Source: a bacterium
GTDB lineage: Bacteria > UBA8248
NCBI GenBank assembly: GCA_965207065.1
Contig: OZ242260.1
Span: 4,064,001-4,128,000 of the forward strand
Length of the DNA: 64,000 nucleotides
Reading direction: 5' to 3'
A program made the translations under genes and the position numbers. The notes beneath the pieces were generated by a model. The model had not been told where the DNA came from and did not search any database. It saw nothing but the letters and a program-made list of their open reading frames with translations. Of this stretch, positions 19,312 through 29,856 are shown in pieces (the stretch's first letter is position 1; every line of letters begins with the position of its first letter).

Positions 19312-21459
19312 ATGACGACCAAACGCGGACTTCGCATCGGCATCGACACGGGCGGCACGTTCACCGACGTGGTCGGCGTGCGCTCCGACACCGGCGAGGT
19401 CTTCACCACCAAGACGCCGACGACGCCCGCCGACTTCAGCGAGGGCCTCATTCAGGGCATCCGGAAAATACTGTCGGAGACCAAGGTCCGCCCCGCCATG
19501 GTGAACGGCGTGTTCCACGGCACGACGGTGGCGACGAACGCCATCCTGGAGCGCCGCTTCGAGGATCTGGGGTTCATCGTCACGAGCGGGTTCCGCCATC
19601 TGCTGGAAATCGGCGGAGCGAACGGCTCGGCGAAGGCCAATTACGCCGCCTCACTGCTCGTAAAGCCCCGCGACGCGCTGGTGCCCCCCGAGCGGGTCCG
19701 AGAGGCGAAGGAGAGAATCACCGCATCAGGTGAGGTCTTGGAATCTCTCGGTGAGCAGGACACCCTCAGGCTCGCCAGGTGGTTCAAGGGGCAGAAGATC
19801 GGCTCCGTGGGCGTCTGCCTGCTCCACGCCTACGCGAACCCGGCGCACGAGGAATTGATTCTCGAAGCCTTCGAGCGCGAATACCCCGAATGTTTCGTGA
19901 GCATATCGAGCGAGGTGATCCCCGAACCGGGCGAATACGAGCGCGCCATCACCACGCTGCTCGATGCGTGCATCAAGCCGCGCATCAAGGCCTATATCGA
20001 GAGCGCTTCCAAAAAAATCGAAGATACCCTGGGCGGCGCGCCCTTCATGATCATGAAGAGCAACGGGGGGGTCTCCACCGCGCGCGAAATCGCCAAGCGG
20101 CCCATCGGCACCGTGCTCTCGGGGCCTGCCGCGGGCGCGCTCTCCGCCGCATTTCTGGGGAAACTCTCGGGGCATGAGCAGCTCATCACACTGGATGGGG
20201 GCGGCACCTCGACGGACATCGCCGTCATCGAGGGCGGAGAAGCCAAGCGCGCCACCCGGCACCAGCTCGATGAGTTTTACCTGAGGATGCCGATGATCGA
20301 CGTCGTCACCATCGGCACCGGGGGCGGGTCGGTCGCGTGGCGAAGCCCCGAGGGGAGGCTGCGCGTCGGCCCCCGGAGCGCGGGCGCGGACCCCGGCCCC
20401 ATCTGCTACGGCAAGGGCGGCGAGGAGCCCACCCTCACCGACGCGAACCTACTCCTCGCCCGAAGCCCGCTCCATCTCGCGGGCGGCGAGGTGAAGCTCA
20501 ACAAGGCCCTCGCCATGAAGGCCATGCGCGGTCTGGCGCGCGAATTCGACATGAGCCCCCACGAGATGGCCTCGGGCGTGGTCGAAATCGCCGCCTGGAA
20601 CCAGACCCACGCCGTGCGCCGCGCGACGGTGCAGCGGGGGATTTCTCCCAAAAACTTCGCCCTGATGGCTTTCGGCGGGTCCGGCCCCCTGACGGCGGGC
20701 CTGGTGGCCGAGCTGCTCGAGATCGACACCGTCATCGTGCCGCCCTTCGCGGGCATGACGAGCGCCTTCGGGCTGGAAGTCGTCGACCTCGTGAACGACC
20801 ACGCGGCGGCCCACTATCAATCCGAAGAAAACGTCAAGCCCGAAGCCCTGGGCGACGCCTATGAAAAACTGGAAGCCCAGGCTGCGGCGGGCCTCGAAAA
20901 CGAGGGGGTCCCCCCCCACCGACGGATGATGCGGCGCACTGCAGAGATGCGCTACCAGGGAGAGGCCACCGAGATCGAAGTCGACGTGCCCGGCGGTTAC
21001 CTCACGCCGCCGGTGCTGGCGGAAGCCTTTGAGCGCTTCCACACCCTCTACCAGCACCGCTACACCTACAACCACAAGGGCAGCCGGCCGGTCGAGATCG
21101 TGCACCTGCGCGTCACGGGAGTCGGCATGACGGAGCCGCCCAACCTGCCCCTCATCCCCGCGGGCGACGACAGCCCCGAAGAAGCCTACAAGGGCGCGCG
21201 CCTCGTCTGGTTCAAGGAACTGGGCGGGTTCCACGACACGCCGGTTTACTACCGGGAGCGGCTGCTCGAGGGCAACTACATTCCGGGACCGGCCATCGTG
21301 GAGAGCTTCGGCAGCACGACGGCCATCTTCCCCAGGCAGGAAGCCCGGGTGGACAGGTACGGCAACCTGGTGATGCGCTTCCGATCGGAAGTCTTCGAGC
21401 GCGACGAGCGCGCCGGCAGGCCGACGGGCGATCACGGCGTGGGAGCGGCCTGGGGATGA
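19312..21459 (+). CDS. Hydantoinase/oxoprolinase subunit A
   Basis: IGIDTGGTFTD, HGTTVATNAILE, SGPAAG, DGGGTSTD, GPRSAGADPGP.CYG.GG..PT.TDA. Confidence 0.92.
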   Translation: MTTKRGLRIGIDTGGTFTDVVGVRSDTGEVFTTKTPTTPADFSEGLIQGIRKILSETKVRPAMVNGVFHGTTVATNAILERRFEDLGFIVTSGFRHLLEIGGANGSAKANYAASLLVKPRDALVPPERVREAKERITASGEVLESLGEQDTLRLARWFKGQKIGSVGVCLLHAYANPAHEELILEAFEREYPECFVSISSEVIPEPGEYERAITTLLDACIKPRIKAYIESASKKIEDTLGGAPFMIMKSNGGVSTAREIAKRPIGTVLSGPAAGALSAAFLGKLSGHEQLITLDGGGTSTDIAVIEGGEAKRATRHQLDEFYLRMPMIDVVTIGTGGGSVAWRSPEGRLRVGPRSAGADPGPICYGKGGEEPTLTDANLLLARSPLHLAGGEVKLNKALAMKAMRGLAREFDMSPHEMASGVVEIAAWNQTHAVRRATVQRGISPKNFALMAFGGSGPLTAGLVAELLEIDTVIVPPFAGMTSAFGLEVVDLVNDHAAAHYQSEENVKPEALGDAYEKLEAQAAAGLENEGVPPHRRMMRRTAEMRYQGEATEIEVDVPGGYLTPPVLAEAFERFHTLYQHRYTYNHKGSRPVEIVHLRVTGVGMTEPPNLPLIPAGDDSPEEAYKGARLVWFKELGGFHDTPVYYRERLLEGNYIPGPAIVESFGSTTAIFPRQEARVDRYGNLVMRFRSEVFERDERAGRPTGDHGVGAAWG

Positions 21460-23168
21460 ATGCAAACCCGATTGTGAGCGAAATTCTCGCAGGCGCGCTT
21501 CGCGCCATCGAAGAGGAAGTCGAGGACCTCCTTGCGCGCATCTGGCGAAGCCCCTCGCTGCGCGACGCGGGCGATTTCTCGGTCTGCCTCTTCGACCGCT
21601 TCGGACGCGCGCTCACCGGGCGGGTGCTCGCCACCGGCCCCGCGCCCGTCATGAGCGCGTTCCCCGAAATGGCCGAGGGCGACGTTTTCCTCCACAACGA
21701 CCCTTACATGCCTCCTGCGGGCCTGGGCGAGGCAGCCGAGCTCTGCCTGACCCGCCCCCTGTTCGCGGACGGCGCGCTCATCGCCTTCTTACAAGTCAGG
21801 GGCCGCCACGACGACCTGGGCGGCGCGCTCCCCGGCGGGGCGAGCGTCGGCTCGCGCGAGAGCTATCACGAAGGGGTCCTCATCCCGCCGGTGCGGATAG
21901 CGCGCGGCGATGAGACGATCGAGGACATCAAGACGCTGCTCCTGCGGAACAGCCGCCAGGCCCATCACCTGGGCGATGACATCGACGCCCAACTCGGCGC
22001 GCTCCGCGTCGGCGCGGCGCGTCTCAAGGATCTGACGAGGCGATACGGCGCGGAGAACCTGACGGCCTGTTTCGCCGATCTGCTGAGAGAGTGCGAACTC
22101 GCGTTCCGCGGCCAGCTCATCCCGCAACTCCCCGAGAAGAGCTGGACGGCGCGCACCGCCGTCGAAACGGACGGCTTGAACGGTCCCCACGAACTCGCGC
22201 TCACCCTCACGCGGCGAAAGGACACCCTGCATATCGAACTGGACGCGGCGCCCCAGGCGCGCGGCCCCATCAACTGTCCCCTGGAGGGAGAAGGCGCGCA
22301 GTTCCTGACCCGCCTCGTAGCTCCCATGCTGCTCCACCTGCAGGACGAGGCGGGCGAGACGCCCCTGAACGACGGTGCCTTGCGGGGGTTTCAGGTGCAC
22401 TTGCCCGAACCCGGCACCATACTCACCCCCCGTTTCCCGGCCCCGACGGGCTTGAGAGCGCTGACTCTCGGCAAGCTGCTCTCGGCGTTCGGCAAGGCGC
22501 TCTTCGAGGCGTCTGGCGGACGCACGCCCACCGGCTTCGACAACCTGCGGACGCTCAGTTTCTGGGGGCACGACGAAAAAGGCGGTTTCCACCTGCTCAG
22601 GGAAGCGCTGGGCGCAGGCGCGGGCGCGGGCATGAAAGGGGACGGGGCGTCCGCCGTTCCTCCGCTGGGTGCTACCGGCGGCATGCCCGTCGAGGTGATG
22701 GAGGCGCGCTATCCGGTGCGGGTCGAGGCGATGGGGCTGGCGCAGGATTCTGGCGGCGCGGGCGCGCGGCGCGGCGGCCTGGGCGTTTTCAGAGACTACC
22801 GGATGCTCATCGACGGCGTATCGGCGAGCGCGGCGGGAAGCGCCGAAGCCGGCCCCGCGGGCGGCCCTGGCGCATCGGCCGGAAAGCCTTATGAGATGCG
22901 CCATCGCTCGGGGAAAAAGAGCGCGCAGGCCCCTGCGGTCGGTGCGTCCACGGCGTTCTCCAAAGACGATTCGATTCGCGTCTCCACCCCCGGCGGCGGC
23001 GGATGGGGCGACCCGATGGAGCGCGACCCCGAGGACGTGCGGGCCGACGTTCTGCGCGGCTTCGTCTCACCCAGGGCGGCGGAGTCTGCCTACGGCGTGG
23101 TTCTGGGAGGCGCGCCGGGATTCAAGATCGACGAGGAAACCACCAGAAAACGCAGGCAAGGAGAATAA
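21456..23168 (+). CDS. Hydantoinase/oxoprolinase subunit B (divergent)
   Basis: SP.LRD..DFS, NDPY, EG..IPP, PVEVME..YP, DSGGAG..RGG.G, TPGGGGWGDP.ERD; ATGA-type overlap with subunit A. Confidence 0.85.
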   Translation: MNANPIVSEILAGALRAIEEEVEDLLARIWRSPSLRDAGDFSVCLFDRFGRALTGRVLATGPAPVMSAFPEMAEGDVFLHNDPYMPPAGLGEAAELCLTRPLFADGALIAFLQVRGRHDDLGGALPGGASVGSRESYHEGVLIPPVRIARGDETIEDIKTLLLRNSRQAHHLGDDIDAQLGALRVGAARLKDLTRRYGAENLTACFADLLRECELAFRGQLIPQLPEKSWTARTAVETDGLNGPHELALTLTRRKDTLHIELDAAPQARGPINCPLEGEGAQFLTRLVAPMLLHLQDEAGETPLNDGALRGFQVHLPEPGTILTPRFPAPTGLRALTLGKLLSAFGKALFEASGGRTPTGFDNLRTLSFWGHDEKGGFHLLREALGAGAGAGMKGDGASAVPPLGATGGMPVEVMEARYPVRVEAMGLAQDSGGAGARRGGLGVFRDYRMLIDGVSASAAGSAEAGPAGGPGASAGKPYEMRHRSGKKSAQAPAVGASTAFSKDDSIRVSTPGGGGWGDPMERDPEDVRADVLRGFVSPRAAESAYGVVLGGAPGFKIDEETTRKRRQGE

Positions 23169-23296
23169 TTACGCACTTTCTTCCTCAACCTGGTGGAATC
23201 AGGGCGCAAAGGGCGGTAAAAACCACGGGGCGCACTTGGAGCCGCCCATCGTATCGGGTAGAATCCGCCCGCGCAGGAATCAATGAACACCCGTAA

Positions 23297-24358
<1,062 letters not shown>

Positions 24359-24372
24359 GGGGCTTCAAATAA

Positions 24373-25596
24373 ATGGCGACGATCACGAGCAACATCGAAA
24401 ACGGCGACCCGAAACTAGGCGTCGAGGACGTCGACGTCGCGGGCAAGCGGGTCTTCCTGCGCGTCGATTTCAACGTGCCGCTCGACGATCAGGGGCACAT
24501 CACCGACGACGCCCGCATCCGGGCGGCCCTGCCCACCATCAACTATCTGCTGGATGAGGGCGCGCGGGTCGTCATCGGCTCCCACATCGGCCGACCGAAG
24601 GGAAAGGTCGACCCGAGAAATTCCTTCGCCCCGGTCGCAAAGCGCCTGGCCAGGCTTCTCGAGAAGGAATGTCCCCTGGCTCCCACCCCCACGGGCGCGG
24701 AGACCCGGAGCATGGCGGAGGAGATGAGGCCCGGCCAGGTGCTCCTGCTGGAGAATCTCCGGTTTCACCCGGGCGAGGAGAAAAACGACGATAAATTCGC
24801 CCGCGAACTCGCCTCATTGGCCGATATCTACATCGGCGATGCGTTCGGCAACGCTCACCGCAACCACGCCTCGATGTCGGCGATCACGAAATTCCTGAAC
24901 CCCGCCGTCGCCGGTTTCCTGATGATCAAGGAGGTCAGCTACTTAAGCGGCGCGGTGAACAACCCGATGCGCCCGGTGGTGGCGATCGTCGGGGGCGCGA
25001 AGGCGAGCGCCAAAATCGGCATCGTCGAGCGCATCCTCCCCAAGATGGACAAGATCGTCATCGGGGGCGGCATGGCGGGCACCTTCCACCGCGCGCTGGG
25101 CTACGAGATGGGAAACAGCCTGGTCGAGGAACACATGGTGGACACGGCGCGCTCAATCATCGACAAGGCGAAGGAGCTGGAGGTGAAGTTCTACCTCCCC
25201 TGCGACTACGTGATCGCGGACAAGTTCGAGGCCTCGGCGGAAACCAAGGTGGTGCCCGCGCAGGAAGTGCCGGAGGAGTGGTACGCGCTCGACATCGGAC
25301 CGGCGAGCACCACCCTGTTCGGCGAGGTGCTCCAGGATGCGAAAACCATCATCTGGAACGGGCCGATGGGCGTGTTCGAGGTGGACGCCTTCTCGCGCGG
25401 CACCTACGCCATGGTGAACCACGTGGCGAATTCCTACGCGCTGACGATAGTGGGCGGCGGCGATACGGACGTGGCCGTTCACGCGGCGGGAGAATCGCGC
25501 CGCATCTCATACATCAGCACGGGAGGCGGCGCCTTCCTGGAACTGCTCGAGGGAAAAGAACTCCCCGGCCTCGCCTGTCTCACGGACAAAAACTAA
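24373..25596 (+). CDS. pgk: Phosphoglycerate kinase
   Basis: RVDFNVP, SHIGRP, LLENLRF, DAFGNAHR.HAS, WNGPMGVFE, GGGDT, ISTGGGA. Confidence 0.97.
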   Translation: MATITSNIENGDPKLGVEDVDVAGKRVFLRVDFNVPLDDQGHITDDARIRAALPTINYLLDEGARVVIGSHIGRPKGKVDPRNSFAPVAKRLARLLEKECPLAPTPTGAETRSMAEEMRPGQVLLLENLRFHPGEEKNDDKFARELASLADIYIGDAFGNAHRNHASMSAITKFLNPAVAGFLMIKEVSYLSGAVNNPMRPVVAIVGGAKASAKIGIVERILPKMDKIVIGGGMAGTFHRALGYEMGNSLVEEHMVDTARSIIDKAKELEVKFYLPCDYVIADKFEASAETKVVPAQEVPEEWYALDIGPASTTLFGEVLQDAKTIIWNGPMGVFEVDAFSRGTYAMVNHVANSYALTIVGGGDTDVAVHAAGESRRISYISTGGGAFLELLEGKELPGLACLTDKN

Positions 25597-25621
25597 ATAA
25601 CCAATTAAAGAGGACCTCACG

Positions 25622-26404
25622 ATGCGGCGCGCCCTCGTGGCCGGCAACTGGAAGATGAACAAGACGATTGAAGAGGCGAGAACGCTCGCGCGCGAAGTGG
25701 CCGAGGGCGTCGCAGGGGATGGACTCTCTCAAGCGGACGTCCTGCTGGGTCCTCCTTATCTCGCCCTTGTAGCGGTCGTGGAGGCGGTCTCGGGGAGCGC
25801 TGTCGGCGTCGCCGGACAGAATTGCGCCCACCAGGCCGACGGCGCATACACCGGCGAGGTGAGCGTCTCGATGCTCCGGGATGCGGGCGCGACCCACGTT
25901 ATCCTCGGGCACAGCGAAAGGCGCGAGTTGATGGGAGAAGGTGACGGCCTCGTTGCCCGCAAGTCGAAGGCGGCCAGCGCGGGCGGCCTCACCCCCATCA
26001 TCTGCCTCGGGGAACCATTTACGACGAGGCGGGCCGGGACGACGCTCACGCGCATCGCCCACCAGGTCGAGCACTCGATCCAGGGCGCGTTCGGCTCCCC
26101 TCCTCCGGGGGGGTTCATTGTCGCGTATGAACCCGTGTGGGCCATCGGCACGGGCCTCACGGCCACGCCCGAACAGGCCCAGGAGACGCACGCCTTCATC
26201 CGCGAGCGTCTGGAAGGAATTTTCGGCTTGGAATGCGCGCAGGAAACGCGTATCTTATACGGTGGCAGCGTGAAACCGGATAATGCCGCGGATTTGTTCG
26301 CACAGCCCGACATCGACGGCGGCCTCATCGGCGGGGCGAGCCTGAACAGCGCAGACTTTTTGGAAATCATCCGCGCCGCGCAGATGGATTCCGCATCGAC
26401 ATGA
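25622..26404 (+). CDS. tpiA: Triosephosphate isomerase
   Basis: AGNWKMN, GAYTGE, GHSERR, AYEPVWAIGTG, LYGGSV, DGGLIGGASL. Confidence 0.97.
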   Translation: MRRALVAGNWKMNKTIEEARTLAREVAEGVAGDGLSQADVLLGPPYLALVAVVEAVSGSAVGVAGQNCAHQADGAYTGEVSVSMLRDAGATHVILGHSERRELMGEGDGLVARKSKAASAGGLTPIICLGEPFTTRRAGTTLTRIAHQVEHSIQGAFGSPPPGGFIVAYEPVWAIGTGLTATPEQAQETHAFIRERLEGIFGLECAQETRILYGGSVKPDNAADLFAQPDIDGGLIGGASLNSADFLEIIRAAQMDSAST

Positions 26405-26417
26405 GAAGAGTGAGAAA

Positions 26418-26735
26418 ATGACGATAGTCTTGACAGTATTGCATGTGGCCGTTGCGCTTTGCCTGATCCTCTCCGTGCTTCTCCAGGCGGGCAAGGGCGG
26501 CGGAATGGGCGCCGCCTTCGGCGGTTCGAGCGACACGATGTTCGGCACGCGGGGGCCGGTGAACTTTCTGAGCAAAGTCACGACCGGCGCCGCCGTCCTG
26601 TTCATGGTGACATCGCTTATGCTCACCTATATCGGCTCGCAGGGCGCCAACCAGGGCGGCTCGATAGTACCCGCAGCACCCGTGCAGTCCGCGCCCGCAC
26701 AAACTCCGAGCCCCGCCGCCCCGGAAAAGAAATAA
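26418..26735 (+). CDS. secG: Preprotein translocase subunit SecG
   Basis: VLLQAGKGGGMGAAFGG.S...FG, FLSKVT; canonical position after tpiA. Confidence 0.95.
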   Translation: MTIVLTVLHVAVALCLILSVLLQAGKGGGMGAAFGGSSDTMFGTRGPVNFLSKVTTGAAVLFMVTSLMLTYIGSQGANQGGSIVPAAPVQSAPAQTPSPAAPEKK

Positions 26736-26780
26736 GCGGGCGAGACTGGCGCCACCGTTCGCGCGCGCTGAGGGTCGACG

Positions 26781-28859
26781 ATGCTGATCAAACGCATCCT
26801 GCTGCTGCTACCCATTCTCATCGCGGCCGCGTTGTTCCAGTCATATTTCTGGGTTCCGACGTTCTCCGACCAGACCAAAGGCGGCAGCGACGAGCGCCTC
26901 CGCCAGTTCATCACCGGCTCCATCGGTGACGCGCAAATCCTGAACCCTATCCTTCACGCGGACACGGCGAGCGGGGCCATCGTCGATCAGATATTCGAAG
27001 GCCTCATCGACAGGGACCGCGACCTCTCCTACCGGGGTCGGCTGGCCGCCTCGTGGAAAATCTACGAGGAGGCGTTCTTCGTGCCCCATCCCGAGGGGCC
27101 GGGCGCCAGGGCTCTCGTAGAGCGCATCGAGCGGACGCGCGGCGCGGGCGAGGCCGCGTGGCTGAAAAACATCGAAAAGATCGAAGCCTTCGCTCCCGCC
27201 GAACAGAAAACAGCCATCCGCACCCCGCCGGCCAAGGGCGAGAAAAGGCCCGGGAAAAAAGATATCGTCATCGCCTATCCCGAGCGGGTGAAGGTGACGC
27301 TCAAGAGCGTGGATCAGGACCTCTTCAAGCATCTGGAGAAGCTGCTGGGCGAGAAATGGGTCGCCAAAGACCCCGCTTCTCTCATAAAAACCAAGCTGCC
27401 CAAGCCCCTGCTTCCCTTCGCCGCGCAGCGCGTAAAGCTCACCGAGCACAACCCGATCATCATCTTCAAGCTCAGGCAAGGCGTGCGCTTCCACGACGGC
27501 CACGAGTTCGACTCCGGCGACGTGCGCTTCACCTATAATGCGATCATCAATCCCAAGAATCTTTCCCCAAGGGTGCCCGATTACGAACCCGTGAAGCGCG
27601 TGGAAACGCCCGGCAGGTTCACAGTCAAGATCACATACAAGCGGCTCTACTCCCCCGCTTTCGGCTCCTGGGGCATGGGGATGCTGCCCGAACATCTGCT
27701 GAACGCCAAGAAGATCGCCGAAGAAGCGAAGCAAAAGGGGAAGGACCCCAAGACGTTCAGCTTGCGCGACAGCGCGTTCAACCGAAAACCCGTCGGCACG
27801 GGCCCGTTCAAGTTCAAGGAATGGCGCTCGGACGAACTCATCCGCCTGGCCAGAAACGACGACTACTGGGAGGGGCCGCCCGAGTATCACGAATACGTCT
27901 ACAGAATCCTGCCGGACCCCCTCACGCAGGAGATCACCTTCTACGCGGGCACGGTGGACCGCTACGGGGCGGGCGCGCACCAGGTCGAGCGGCTCAAGAA
28001 GGACCCCAGGTTCCAGGTGTTCTCGGGCCTGGGATTCGGGTTCGCCTACATCGGCTACAACATGCGGCGCTGGCCGTTTCAGGACGCGCGCGTGCGCAGG
28101 GCGCTGGGCATGGCGGTGGACACCAGGCAGATTCACCGCTACGTGATGAACGGCGAGGCCGAGGACATCACGGGCCCGTTCGTGAAGCAAAGCCCGCACT
28201 ACAACCGCAGCGTCAAACCCCTGGCCTACGACCCCAAAGGGGCGGAGCGGCTGCTGCACGAGGCGGGGTTCCGGAAAAAAGACGGGGTCCTGATGAAAGA
28301 CGGCAAGCCCCTGGCCTTCACCCTGATGACGAACCACGGCAACGAGATCAGGCGCGCCGTCGGCACCGTCGTCCAGGACGCCTGGAAGAAGATCGGCGTG
28401 AAAATCACCTTCTCGCAAGTCGAATGGGCCGTGTTCATCCGAAAATACATCAACCAGCTCAATTTCGACGCGGTCGTCCTCGGCTGGAGCATGGGTCTCG
28501 ACCCGGACCTCTACCAGATCTGGCACTCGAGCCAGACGAACAAGGGCCAGCTCAACTTCGTGGGCTACAAGAACCCCAAGGCGGACGACCTCATCATCAA
28601 GATCCGCCAGGAATACGACCTGGCGAAACAGGTCAGCTACGCGCACGCGCTCCACCGCATCATCGCGGCGGATCAGCCCTATACGTTCCTGTACGTGAGC
28701 AAGTGGACGGCGCTGCTCGACCGGAAAATCGCCATCGCCAGGCGTCTGAAGGGCGGCGCATTACGGCCGGAAAAAATTCGCCCCACCATCACGGGAAACT
28801 TTTCGTTCGACTTCAACGAGTGGCTGAAATTCCCCCGCATCCCCCAGTTCGAGAACTAA
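26781..28859 (+). CDS. Peptide/nickel ABC transporter substrate-binding protein (family 5) with insertion
   Basis: LNPIL, IFEGL, LRQGVRFHDG, PVGTGPF, VRRAL, NFVGYKNP. Confidence 0.9.
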   Translation: MLIKRILLLLPILIAAALFQSYFWVPTFSDQTKGGSDERLRQFITGSIGDAQILNPILHADTASGAIVDQIFEGLIDRDRDLSYRGRLAASWKIYEEAFFVPHPEGPGARALVERIERTRGAGEAAWLKNIEKIEAFAPAEQKTAIRTPPAKGEKRPGKKDIVIAYPERVKVTLKSVDQDLFKHLEKLLGEKWVAKDPASLIKTKLPKPLLPFAAQRVKLTEHNPIIIFKLRQGVRFHDGHEFDSGDVRFTYNAIINPKNLSPRVPDYEPVKRVETPGRFTVKITYKRLYSPAFGSWGMGMLPEHLLNAKKIAEEAKQKGKDPKTFSLRDSAFNRKPVGTGPFKFKEWRSDELIRLARNDDYWEGPPEYHEYVYRILPDPLTQEITFYAGTVDRYGAGAHQVERLKKDPRFQVFSGLGFGFAYIGYNMRRWPFQDARVRRALGMAVDTRQIHRYVMNGEAEDITGPFVKQSPHYNRSVKPLAYDPKGAERLLHEAGFRKKDGVLMKDGKPLAFTLMTNHGNEIRRAVGTVVQDAWKKIGVKITFSQVEWAVFIRKYINQLNFDAVVLGWSMGLDPDLYQIWHSSQTNKGQLNFVGYKNPKADDLIIKIRQEYDLAKQVSYAHALHRIIAADQPYTFLYVSKWTALLDRKIAIARRLKGGALRPEKIRPTITGNFSFDFNEWLKFPRIPQFEN

Positions 28860-28860
28860 C

Positions 28861-29856
28861 ATGGGCGCCTATATCATCCGCACTTCGCTGTTCAAGCTGG
28901 TGACGCTGTTCATCATCTCGATCGTGAGTTTTCTCATCATCCATCTCGCGCCCGGCGAGCCGAGCCAGATCGACCCCCTGAACCCGCGCTTCACACAGGA
29001 AGACCTCGCGCGCTACCGCGCGGCCTTCGACCTCGACAAGCCGCTTCCGGTCCAATACTGGCTCTTCTACAAGAAATTCTTCACCGGTGAACTCGCCAGT
29101 TTGAAGGACAACCAGCCGGTATTCGGAAAAATATGGCGGCGCTTCCTGATCAGCCTTCCCCTGTTCATCGTGGGAACCATCATCACCTGGTGCCTCTCGT
29201 TTCCGCTGGGAATCGCGGGCGCTTTGCGGCGCTACAGCGTATTCGACCGCTCCACCACCTTCATGAGCTATCTCATGATCTCGATGCCGAGCTTCTTTCT
29301 GGCCTACATATTGATCATCGCCGTCGTTCAGGGGTTCACGCTGCCCTTCACCGATTACCACGTGCCGGGTCTGGAAGTCTCCGTCCTGGGCATCGAGACC
29401 TTCGGCCGGGGCGACGTCTCCCCCCTGTTCCGGATCAACGACCGCATCTGGCATCTGGTGCTGCCGAGTCTCGTGGGCGCCATCGGCGGCATCGCCGTGC
29501 TTTCACGATACGTGCGCGGGCAGATGATAGAGGTGGTGGATTCCGACTTCATCCGCACGGCCCACTCGAAGGGCCTGGATGAGAACACCGTGAACTACGT
29601 CCACGCCTTGCGAAACGCAGGACTCCCCTTCGTCACCATGTTCGGCCTCATCCTGCCGGGGCTGATCGGCGGCTCGGTCATCATCGAGAACATCTTCGCA
29701 TGGCCCGGCATGGGTCGGCTGGGCTTCGAAGCCGTGCTGGCAAGGGATTATCCGGTGATATTAAGTCTTAACTTCATCTCCGCCATCCTGGTCGTCATCG
29801 GCACCTTTATCTCCGATATACTGCTCGTCATCGTCGACCCGAGGATTCGCCTGTGA
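28861..29856 (+). CDS. Peptide ABC transporter permease (OppB/DppB-like)
   Basis: LAPGEP, LDKPLPVQY, FIRTAHSKGL, HALRNA, IENIFAWPGMG, DPRIRL. Confidence 0.92.
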   Translation: MGAYIIRTSLFKLVTLFIISIVSFLIIHLAPGEPSQIDPLNPRFTQEDLARYRAAFDLDKPLPVQYWLFYKKFFTGELASLKDNQPVFGKIWRRFLISLPLFIVGTIITWCLSFPLGIAGALRRYSVFDRSTTFMSYLMISMPSFFLAYILIIAVVQGFTLPFTDYHVPGLEVSVLGIETFGRGDVSPLFRINDRIWHLVLPSLVGAIGGIAVLSRYVRGQMIEVVDSDFIRTAHSKGLDENTVNYVHALRNAGLPFVTMFGLILPGLIGGSVIIENIFAWPGMGRLGFEAVLARDYPVILSLNFISAILVVIGTFISDILLVIVDPRIRL

